From Paraglomus brasilianum (taxonomy: Eukaryota): a DNA stretch of 36,166 bases. Location: positions 1 to 36,166 of the forward strand of contig CAJVPI010000302.1 in NCBI GenBank assembly GCA_910592345.1. The letters are read 5' to 3'. This document shows positions 25,130-35,480 of the stretch, piece after piece. The position numbers were made by a program, and so were the translations under genes. The notes under the pieces are model-generated. The model was not told the DNA's origin, searched no databases, and saw nothing but the letters and a program-made list of their open reading frames with translations. Positions within the stretch are counted from its first letter, which is position 1. Every line of letters starts with the position of its first letter.

Positions 25130-26470
25130 GAAGAGTCTTTCTGTCGACTACAAACGCTAACATGATCTTTGTCTTTAGTGCACAGCCGGTAGATATAAGG
25201 TGACTAACTATTTCATTTCCAGCATCACCTAACATTCTACATCTCCAGTCAAAACGGAAATTCAATGATTTTCCCTATATCCTTTTAAGAAGGATCTTCA
25301 ACCCGATTGCTAGAAGGTGATATTCTATAGATGCCGAGTTCATCTCTGCTACTCCAATCACTGCTAAAGCTGGATAATGTCCGTTCACTCGACTTCTATT
25401 GCCAAGCTACACATGATTGTGCCGACAGAGCTCAACTCTTTTCTTCCAATCCTATTCCCTCTAATCCTAACTCGTTAGAGATACATTTGATGCTTGTCTA
25501 TTTACCCACATCTGACAGCTGAGTACAGTGAAACTTGTTTATGCAGGGTTGGTTGGCATGGCCTCGTGTGTTCGTGTAATTATCTTTCCCACATCTGGTG
25601 TACTTTAATATAATGTGCGCCAGCAGAATGTCTATGCCAGCGAATCTCCTTCCACCTTATCAATACAGACCTTTAGGTCAGTCTCCCATGTAGTTATGTG
25701 ATATTCAAACTTCAGTGTTCGGGATAGTCAATCTCTGATACGAGTGTTATGCATCGCTGTTCGCCGTTAAAGAGTCGGAAATTGTAGGAGCCATTGGTAG
25801 AGAAAGCTCGAGAGACATAAAAGAAATTACTATTGAGTATTATTTTTCATCTCCGATCGCCTTGTTCTCGCAGTTACGTAAATTATAGAATTTTGACAGA
25901 CAGGTTTCGTAATAGCAGCGAATCGTCCAGAAATCTTTCTTCAAAAAAGTCCACGCGCAGCATTACTATGAATAGATGAGCGCTCTGGGAATATGGCTGC
26001 TTAGATTTGTGGTAGCAGCAATAAGTAGTGTACCATCATGAAGTATTGCTATAAAACAGGTATCATATCCTGAATTATGGATGGTATAAACTGTTAAAAT
26101 CTCTATTTCTTTTCTTTCTTCTCCCCTTTTTTTCTCACTTGTCGATTTGCCGGGATATCTGATCCAATGGGACATTGGTAGACGTGGAAGAGTTTGAGGG
26201 ACTGGTAGCGTTCTCTTTGTTGTTTGCGTGTCGCAGTAGACTGTCACCGTTAGCAGTAGCTTCGTTGTGGTCTGATTGATATTAATACTATTCATAAGCC
26301 TCGGTCCTCTGTTCAATACAGTACCAGATTATGTTGTTAGTGGATATCACCAACAAACCAATGATAACAAAGATCATACTTACTAAACTCCGTACTTCCA
26401 TATATAACCACCTTCAAAACTCCCCTTGCTCCTATTTATTATTATTACATCGACCTACGTGACGGATTCA
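25130..26470 (-). pseudogene. Degenerate gene of unknown family, paralog of 2717-3950 and 5340-5720
   Basis: Shares the six anchors listed for the 2.7-5.7 kb copies and the 5' intron (GTAAGT...ACTAAC). Fragments such as HLFIVMLRVDFFEERFLD align with FLEQQFLD in the other copy. Confidence 0.45.
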
Positions 26471-28180
26471 TCCTCATTGGATAATAAGCTGCACGTGAAT
26501 TATTCTGTCCAGCATAATACCAAAGTTCTCGCAACAGTTTTCATTTTCTTGTTCACCGAAGCAATTATTTTTGTTTATTCAATCCGAGTATAGAGCCAGT
26601 TGACTGGAATTTTGCCCATCTCAAAATTTTAGCCGACCGAAGATAGTAAGCGACTGAGAAAGATTATCTCAATTCTTAACCGAATTAACCCAACGAGAAA
26701 AGCCCAAAATCGAACTTTTACTAGCACAGAATAAATTACGAGAAAAAGAAGAAATTACAAACCCTACTATATTTATTATTATCGCATCTTTGCGAGCTAA
26801 AATTTTCAGTTCATCATACACTTTTTTTTTGTCATCGATATTCCACTTTCAGTTAAATGGTTAACTAATGAAAGTTCAGACAATAAATCTATAAACGCCT
26901 CCAATTAGTGAGAGCGAGAGAAAACTTTTGCGAAAGTCGGTCATTAATCTTTTACAAGTTATATTCTAACTAATCATCTATAAGAGTTCACAAGTTAAAT
27001 GATATTTATTTATTGTACAATATCCGAAATACCATGTACAATCAGGAATCGATCGATTAATTAGCAAGAAGTTATATAGAACCAACTAATTATAAACAGC
27101 ATACTCGTTTTGTTTCATTACCGGACAGAAGAGAACGAGTTCCTCAATTTGCAGACTCACATAATCGTGTAATACTATCAAAGATGCCAACAATCTACAG
27201 TCTATTGCATGCATAATCTGTTAATTTAGTAAACGTGCATATGCATACAAAGATCACTTTTTAACTTCATCAGAACAGTCTCTAGTTGTTGCAACAAAAA
27301 TGGTATAGATATTTGTAGAGCTTTTAATCCTTCAAACAACAGAATAACTTGTTCCCGCATTAATGTCTGCATCACGTGATTAATCCATAACATATTCCAT
27401 AAGAATCCATCATTTCAACAATATTATTATGCAAATAGACAGGTGCGACTACACTTTGACATTAAAACTCAGCACTAAACCATTACTATTACTGTCATAG
27501 ACGTTTCAAAGATTATGTCAACAAGTCTTGCATTTCTTATTGTTTTAACAGAAATAGTATTGTGTGTCACTATCGGTCTTACCATTTATGTGTAGATCTG
27601 TTTCATCAAACATTAACATCTTCTAGCCAACAAGTGCTTATTATCGGACCTGTGAGTGGATCATGGAAAAGCTACTCTAAACAGGCATAATGCTATGAAC
27701 AGGAGCATGATACGTTTCAAAACCATTCACAATGTATAAAACCATGGTAATGGATCTGAGCCACAGCAACGCCACTACGATCATGTAGTACACAGCCGAA
27801 TGGAATTTGTCTGTTGACAAAATCAGCGAATAATGCCCCGTAATTGTTTCTTCCTTTCATTCGGACGATATATTTAGCATGCAAAGTATAATAGCAAGAC
27901 TCCTCGTGGGTATCTAAATATAAATAAACGTACACTGAAACAGGATGTTGGCATTATATACCAATATTATCACATATGTGCGCAGCTAGTCCTTAATGTC
28001 CGAATGGATGCTTTTAGTGATCAGAATGCTCCGTAATGTGTACTAATTGATTTTAACTCGGAAATTTCCACGTTACCATTGCTCTTTGCCCCGAATCATC
28101 ATATCGAATTGATAAATCATGAAACGAGGAGCTCCACTACACACAGTGAAACTCATGTGAAGACTTGGCATTCAAAAAAC

Positions 28181-28186
28181 TATAAA
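28181..28186 (+). promoter_or_regulatory. Candidate TATA box of the HMG gene
   Basis: TATAAA about 55 nt upstream of the ATG at 28242. The start codon has an A-rich context (ATAAAATG). Confidence 0.3.
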
Positions 28187-28241
28187 TGAGTGATATGCCC
28201 TTCTTGTGGCCAAACATCTAATCCACTCGATTTAATATAAA

Positions 28242-29306
28242 ATGTGCATAGATATTGAGTTATTGCGTTCTTTTATAGACAAAGACACCACTGATATAAA
28301 AAAAAGGTATGCTGATCTTCAACCTGTCCTCCCGTTAGAGGACCTTTTACGCGGGAGCAAAAAGAAATGCGTTCGTCAACCCCCGAACGCATTTATTTTG
28401 TATAGAAAGGAGATACAAGCAAGGCTTGTCTCCGAGCAGATAAACGCAATGGGATCAACAAAATCGTTGATCGTTTTGACCTCAAACATTGCGAGCATGC
28501 GATGGAAGAATGAGGACCCTAAAGTAAAGGAGATTTTTTTGGAGCTGAGTAGAATTATAAAAGTTATTTATGAGCATGAATATTGTCCTTGCAAAAGTTC
28601 AGCAAAAAAGAATAAAGGGCGAGGTAATTCTCGAAAACGCACGTATAATAGACATGCAATTATTAGTTCCGCTTCGACTAATGATTCACATAAGACTACG
28701 AATGAGGATTCTCGTTCAACCACTTTCGGGGAGGTTACGTTGAGTGCTGGTGATCACGATCATCCGGATGCATGTGGCAGCGATGGAGTTAATAACGAAG
28801 TTACCGATTCATCCACAGGCGCAGCTAGTCATATTAACACCGGCATTCCTACCCAGGACCACCCGCCTTTGTACGAATGTACAACATACGACAATGCCCC
28901 TCCGTTAGACTCGACATTAAGTGTGCATGCAGGGTATGACCCACTATTTGCGTACCCCGCACAGACAGTCAACTTTGATTCATATGATGACGTTTTGTGT
29001 AATGAAAACATGTACGAAATCATACCCAGCACAACAGATGTAACTATGGATGATACCACAGAAATAACCAATCTGGATAATAACATGAATACGACAGAAA
29101 TTGGTTCATCGAACAACTATGATTATATGAATACGACAGAAATTGGTTCATTGAACAACTATGATTATTATATGAATATGTTCGATATGACTCCTATGGA
29201 TAGCTATGATTATATGAATATGATCGATACGACAGATACTATGGACGATATAATTATATTAGATGATTATGATAATAGTTTGTTGGAATTTAGTAATTCA
29301 TATTAA
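28242..29306 (+). CDS. MATA_HMG-box (sequence-specific HMG) transcription factor, 354 aa, intronless
   Basis: HMG box at about aa 44-115: RQPPNAFILYRKE...SNIASMRWKNEDPKVKEIFLELS..IK..YEHEY. It is preceded by PVLPLEDLL, followed by a basic tail (KKNKGRGNSRKR), and ends in a long D/T/N/Y/M-rich acidic C-terminus. It is the only uninterrupted long ORF in the window. Confidence 0.93.
   Translation: MCIDIELLRSFIDKDTTDIKKRYADLQPVLPLEDLLRGSKKKCVRQPPNAFILYRKEIQARLVSEQINAMGSTKSLIVLTSNIASMRWKNEDPKVKEIFLELSRIIKVIYEHEYCPCKSSAKKNKGRGNSRKRTYNRHAIISSASTNDSHKTTNEDSRSTTFGEVTLSAGDHDHPDACGSDGVNNEVTDSSTGAASHINTGIPTQDHPPLYECTTYDNAPPLDSTLSVHAGYDPLFAYPAQTVNFDSYDDVLCNENMYEIIPSTTDVTMDDTTEITNLDNNMNTTEIGSSNNYDYMNTTEIGSLNNYDYYMNMFDMTPMDSYDYMNMIDTTDTMDDIIILDDYDNSLLEFSNSY
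29085..29168 (+). repeat. In-frame 42-bp tandem duplication inside the HMG gene
   Basis: MNTTEIGS(S/L)NNYDY twice, starting at 29085 and 29127, with one nucleotide difference. Confidence 0.95.
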
Positions 29307-29429
29307 TATAAATATAGACAATCAAAGCGAACATTTTATACATTATATATATATTTTTTGGTTTCATAACTTTTATTAATTAATAAACAAAATGTACGTA
29401 CAATCTTCGTGACAAAGGTTTCTCATCCT

Positions 29430-30640
29430 CGCTGCATTGTCGCTTAACCAGTGCCTCCTGTTGACACCCTTATATAGCTTGTTAGCTTTTTCCTTTGATG
29501 TCCGATAAAAAACACTAGCCTTTTTGAATGCGGTAAATCCTATTTCGCTTGCAGTCGATAGTACTTTCTCTTTCTGTTGCGGGAAACTAGGAATTTGAAA
29601 GTGACGGCATTAAAGTCACTACTCTACTATTTTTCCAAGTGAACGTGATTTCGTCGCGTGCAAGTTTCTATTCTTGAGACGGTCCGGTCTTATACATCCT
29701 CGAAGACGATGAGAATTCATTAACTCGGTTTTATTTTGGCGTGAATGATACATGCAATTGCAATCAATCCAACAAGGAGAGAGTAAAATGTAAGCCACAC
29801 AAGCCACATTTAAAATTTAAGGCGAGTCGGGAGACGTGGACAGCCTGTTAGACAATCCACTGCACAATCAAAGCGTGCACTCCAACCAAAGCCCACAAAA
29901 CCTACAAACTCAGTCCGCTTTCCTCAGACCAAGCTTACGTATCGCCAGCACGACGTCGCACTACTCGAAACACGTCCTCTATTATACAACCAATAAGATT
30001 GTTATTGAATTTAAACACTATGTTGTAGATGAACAAACGAATAATAGTCTCCCAGAACCAATCTCGTTATTGTTGAATTTCATTTCATACCAGCATTTAA
30101 TTGAAGCTCGAGTATTAAATTCTGCCAATTTTATTGAATTCAATAATAGCCCGAACGTAAAAATCCTTAAAAGCGTCAGATATAATCCAACGGTTTCCCA
30201 AAGAACAACTCATTTAACCTCTAAAAATGTCAACACAGGTTTAGGGTTATTATTACGTTCCCTAAATAAAGGACCGAAGAAAAAATAGTATTGGATTACA
30301 CCGGCCAGGGACGTTTAATGAGAAAGAGTTACCTCGTCCGCATGGGAGCAAGGAAATTTGAACGAATGTCTTTGTCCTTGAATTTTCATCATTAGATTCA
30401 TCAAGGATAACACCAGCAACCATCTTTTTAACTGAAACTGACGTTCATGAATCAAGCGTTCGTGTTTTGATGCTGGACCCTACGATACTAAGGATGCAAT
30501 TAGCATTGGACGATCCACAAAGACGGCTTATTGTGGAAATGGCTATCTGCCTGGTATGTGGGCAGGTTGTATGATTGATCTAAAGTACCTTGCTAGAAAT
30601 AGTTGGTGAGTAAGATTTGTGTATTTGTGGTTGACATAAG
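29430..30640 (-). pseudogene. Unidentified multi-exon gene remnant with hydrophobic helices
   Basis: Three minus-strand GT-AG intron-like segments (about 30588-30480, 30332-30262 and 30091-29978). Fragments include RLNELFFGKPLDY/ISDAFKDFYVRAIIEF, VLWALVGVHALIVQWIV and MWLVWLTFYSLLVGLIAIACII. Interrupted in all frames. Confidence 0.35.
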
Positions 30641-30829
30641 TAGCAAGTATTAATGATCGCTAATTTTATTAATCAGAAGCGCTCGTTGTTTCCGTCAATG
30701 AACATATCATAAACTTTATAAGTTTAACGTTAAATTTTGACTTTAATATTTGAACTCTGTCACTTTGTTAAATATGGTGAAATCACCATTGATATGGCAA
30801 AAATTAAATACAACAATTTTTTTATCGTA

Positions 30830-32100
30830 TTTCTTATTCAACTCGTCATACACTCTACATTTGTAACATATAGCAAGACGATACATTACAGCGGAATATC
30901 CTTTTCGGTATGCTGTCAACGCTTTTGCATATTCTTCGTCAACCTTTTCATAGCATGTACAAGCGTATATTGTGCGAGACCGCGCGTAACCCTGATCGGC
31001 AGATTTTTCAAGCCTTTTGATAGTTGGCTTCTTCGTCTATGATTTTTCCTAAATAGACAATATTGGCTTTGAATGGCCTTGTTGCGCTGCCTTATTGTAG
31101 GCGCCGTTATTCACGTCTATTCCAACTCCGTATTGGTTTGCCTTGATACAAGATTGTGACCAGCAGCTTTTAACAACATGTGTTTAAGCCTGTCGACTCC
31201 TTCAGACGGGTCAAGAATGAATGTAACCCTGTACGCGTACGCTTTACCTATCGCGTTTGGATATGAAGGCATTGTCGGCTGTTGCATCTCTTCGTCGTTA
31301 GGCTTTCCCATCCGGAGGGCCGTTGTAAATTGATAGTTTTGGCGGATATTTGGTTCGTATTGTAGTTACCGCGCGAGATTGGATTTTCTGTGCATCGAGT
31401 TCTGTACGTCTTCGAAATAGGTTTCCAGATGGAACTTGTACATCCTATTTCCGTTCCCTTTAGTAAATCGAAATTAAAACTACCTTGGCCTAAACTCTAC
31501 GTCATTCCTTTGAAGGAATCTACCCATTTCCAAAGATTGGCCGATAGGAAATCTCGACTTCCGTGTTCTCTTGAGACATTTTGCTGGTTGTTTCTGGGTC
31601 CAGAGGACGTGGATGCTGTTTACGAAACTCTGTTGCTAGGGAAGTCTTCATTAACAAGTGACAGAATAAATTAAATATTTTGATATTAGTATTCGTATCA
31701 TTGGTGTTCGTATCATTATTACTCAAATCAATCAAACATACTAATACGTATTTGATGAACACGAAATTACCTATAAATAAGATATGCTGTCCCGGTAAAT
31801 GTGTCTCCATAACTGACCGTATTAGTATCCAGGGAATAATCTCTCAACTCAGCCAAGGGAGTGGAGGGTTGCGGGAGAGAAGGAGAAAGGGAGAGGGTTG
31901 CGGGAAAGAAGGAGAGAGGGAGAGGGTTGCGGGAGAGAAGGAGAGAGGGAGAGGGTTGCGGGAGAAGGAGAGAGATTTTTAGCTCTATGTGACTTGCCGC
32001 GAGGGCATTACTGCGGTAGGAAGGTGTTGCAACCGAAAGTTGCATGATGTCGGAGACGGTGAATTTATACGTTTCCGCCAATTTCCTTTTATAGAAAACT
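30830..32100 (-). pseudogene. Pseudogene with an unknown N-terminal domain and C-terminal Sel1-like repeats
   Basis: Sel1 pieces QYGVGIDV (about 31112-31135), KAAQQGH (31073-31093), KSADQGY (30986-31006) and YRLAICY (30863-30883). The upstream exon (KFTVSDIM...TAYLIY) is followed by a GT-AG intron (about 31769-31647). Confidence 0.7.
31862..31975 (+). repeat. Purine-rich minisatellite, 4 x 29 bp
   Basis: Consensus GAGGGTTGCGGGAGAGAAGGAGAGAGGGA starting at 31864, 31893, 31922 and 31951. The last copy is shortened. Confidence 0.97.
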
Positions 32101-33269
32101 AATCCATGCCTTCATCTTGGTAGCATTATCATCCCTCTACCAATAAATGGTGTCCTTAGCGGACAATTAACGCTTTCTTGTTCAACAGCTGCAATGCGTT
32201 ATCTTCAGTGCTACAAGGAAAGACTGTAGGGCGTGGTGACTAATCATTATTCTAACTGTCATATCACGGCACCAAACCATACCACCAATAACACGACCAA
32301 GAGCAGACCATTCCTACGTATCACGTCCAATCAAGAGAAAAGAGCGGAGGTGTCATGATTCATAGATAATTACTATTATAATGGTGCGAATGCGAATAAA
32401 TACGTTGGCATTTACTTACGCTTGATATTCCAATTCTCGTGTGGAAGAACCACGGATTTCTGACATCTCGTGTAACAGGCAGGCAGAAGTTAAGATTAGG
32501 ATAACGCAAGAAGAGGCAATTAGAGAATGAAGATCGGAAACGCGAAAGCTTTCTTCTCATTAAACCAACTGACAATTGAATATATATCATTGTGCCATTT
32601 GGTAAATTTTTGTATACGATGATCATAGCAACATCAATAGAATGTTAAACCACAAATAATAAGTTTTATATGTTTCGCGAGAGAGTTGGATAACTAGTAT
32701 GTTTTGGTTTTTTTTTATTCCACTAGCCCAAAGTCCTCTGAGATATAAACTCGAAGCTATAAGTTCAAGCATACTATTCGGTGTCTATTTGAGAAATGAC
32801 TTAGGAAAACGATGGGAGATACACGAAGCTTGATCTCAACCACAAGTCTTCTTTATTCTCAAAATACTACATGATGGTTTTATGCATCAAACTTCTCTAC
32901 TATTTCTACATTTAATAGAATATTGCTTCGCTGGGACTAATATTTGACCAATCGCACCAAATTCTTATTCGTTGACATATCTATAAAATCACTTACCACG
33001 TACCTCTTAATACAAACCAACGTTGCACACTTCTGGTCGATTTAATTCAGGTCGATTTACATAGGACTAGCAAATTGCGCGTTTGCAACTCCTAGCTCTG
33101 CTGCTGATTCATACAAATCCATCGCCTTTTGTTCATCTCTCTCCATCCCAATTCCATTTTCATAGCATTGATCAAGATCGTATTGTGTCCTTGAGAGGCC
33201 GCAACGTGATATATAACTCGAGGGCTGTTTGCATGTTTGGCTCTATTTCAAACTCATTACGATAACATA

Positions 33270-33850
33270 TATAGATGCCCCCACCACCCCACTTCTAGCA
33301 GCTGTATGATACAGTTTTTTACGGCTAGTCGGGGGTCTCGTCTAACGCCAATGCCTTCACTGTAACATAAACCAAGAGAAAATATTGCAGGGGCATATCC
33401 TTGTCTTGCAGCTTTTCTAATTAGTTTGATCGCTTTCGCTCGTCTTTCCCCGGAATGTCGACTAGGTAACCCATACCAAGATGATGCTGCGCTTCAGCAA
33501 GTCCTTGTCGAGCGGCCAATCGCAACTGTTGCGTTGCTTTCTGCTCGTCCTTGTAACAGGTAATGTAGTCCAACCGAGTATTGTACAATGGGACACCCCT
33601 AGTCTGCTGCTTTACGGTAAAGTTCCACTACCGTAAAATGCACAAAGTCTATGCTGTGCCTCGGTGTGACCCTGTTTGGTAGAAACTGATCACTTCCTCA
33701 TCATCTCTGCTTACACCATCTCCACTCTTGTAACAGTCACTCAAGCGGCAAAGGACATAGGATATCCTTGTTGGGCAGCTCTTCGATAGAGTCTGATTGC
33801 CTCTCTCACGCCATATCCAAACTTATAACAATCACCCGCATGCCATCGTT
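33270..33850 (-). pseudogene. Sel1-like repeat protein, pseudogene
   Basis: GDCYKFGYGV-REAIRLYRRAAQQGY, LSDCYKSGDGVSRDDEE, QGHTEAQHRL, VELYRKAAD*G, LRLAARQGLAEAQHHLGMGY and AIKLIRKAARQGYAPAIFSLGLCYSEGIGVRRD, in shifting frames. Confidence 0.92.
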
Positions 33851-34189
33851 GGGCAGCAGGTAACCGTTTCGGATATGTTGTAGTGGTATGTCGTATGGAA
33901 TGTCATATAGGATGTTGTGGGATATGTATTATATGCTGTCCGTTAGTGTGGTATGTCGCTCGTCGGGGGAACTCGTGTATTTAAGTGTGTTCTGGATAAA
34001 AGAATTACAATAGAACATTCAATATAAAACGGAATATTATTGTTTGTTGAAATTATAACTAGAATGGATGCTCCCAGAACATTCCATGACTCTGCACCAT
34101 TTCCATTGATCTCTATTTCCATTTAATCAAGATATACTACTTTTGGCAACAGACAATAATAGATATACATACCATTTAATTCAGCAATA

Positions 34190-35480
34190 GAGTAAAGACA
34201 CCTGTTCTGATATCGAACGTGCCATTTTAGATTCTATCCAATACCGCACGAGTATCGCCATCAATGTGATAGCGAGATAATATCTGATGAGGACATGCTG
34301 CGTAGATCGTCGAACGACCATGTGAGTTTGCATATCCAATGAAGCGTGAATTGTAACATTCATGTATACACCTTTTTGAAGGCGATAGTTTTGGGGCGAT
34401 TGGAATACGAGAAAGACGGCCGAGGAATTTTGATAACTGCCATCGTCATAGCCTTGTTTATAACCTAATCAGCAAGGACTGAAACAAATAGAATGTAATA
34501 CTGTAAGTATAATGATAAGTATTATATAAACTACGAGTAATCAAATTATTACTTGTAATGAAATCGGTTCTTCCTATACGCTTTCACGTCGAAGTCGAAT
34601 GGTACAGATTGTCTTAGTATCGGATCATGTTCTGTGAATGCTCTATGAAGAGGAGACGAAAAAATAAAACAACATATATTAATTCTATAGAACATTCGCT
34701 CACATTTGTAAGGAAGGACCCAAGCAAATACGCAATAAACAGCCTATGTGTGATATAGACAAGATATTCGTAGACGCAAACCTGAATAATTTCATCATAC
34801 TCTTTTACGGCATGTTTACAATACTTCTTACATACAGTATAATCGAGCCAAAACGCACGCATGCGCCAGATTAATGTTAATATCTGGGCTATATGAGGCA
34901 ACATGTACAGGAATACAAATAGCGAAAATTAGCCAGTTCCTAGACGTAATAGCCAGATAGGTGTTAGTATGGTTAGCGTATAATTAGTAAAAAGTTGATA
35001 TTAATACGGTGATTACAAAATTCTATATACCTATATAGTAATGGCAAATATCGCAATAATCTTTCATTATCTGCAACGAGCACCGTTGACATTGTAGCTG
35101 AGATTTGAGAGGTAAAAAGAATCATCCTCGAATTTGGCGGTTTTATTCGTTTTCCAGGGCTCTCCCAGCATTGATGATTTCTTGCAATTTGCCGTTCAAA
35201 TTTTCTGTCTAGGCTTGCTCTGGACGTAATTGCCTATTGCGATCGACTTATTGTACTTGCCTGACTAGTATCAGACGGCATTTCATTGCAAAGTCTGCTA
35301 ATGACAAGTTTTCGAGCGAGTTTAGAGTTGGTTGACGAGGTCTATATCCACCAGATAGCAAACAACACATGAATATCCAGCGACCAAGACAGCTAATCCT
35401 TACCATTGGCGAACGAAAAGTTACAGAACTAACGCCCGTCTGATAGTGAGGCACACGAAATTTAGGCATTCGGAAATCTA
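34190..35480 (-). pseudogene. Unidentified multi-exon gene remnant
   Basis: Minus-strand intron-like segments, including GTATAT...GCTAAC/ACTAAC...TAG at about 35030-34940 and GTGAGC...TAG at about 34704-34640, separate short broken ORFs. One intron and exon junction is shared with 711-776. Confidence 0.3.

Noticed and set aside
28141..28152. ACACAGTGAAA (and TACAGTGAAAC at about 25523) as further MITE ends
   Set aside because: Only about 11 bp match, with no TIR core and no inverted partner.
28829..29116. 95-aa minus-strand ORF
   Set aside because: Antisense shadow of the HMG coding sequence.
29836..30288. 150-aa plus-strand ORF
   Set aside because: GTG start, no recognisable domain, and antisense to a minus-strand exon/intron structure.
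27400..30640. HMG gene as a Mucorales-type sex locus (tptA-sexP/M-rnhA)
   Set aside because: The flanking remnants show no recognisable triose-phosphate transporter or DEAD-box helicase motifs. MATA_HMG genes are a large family in the inferred lineage.
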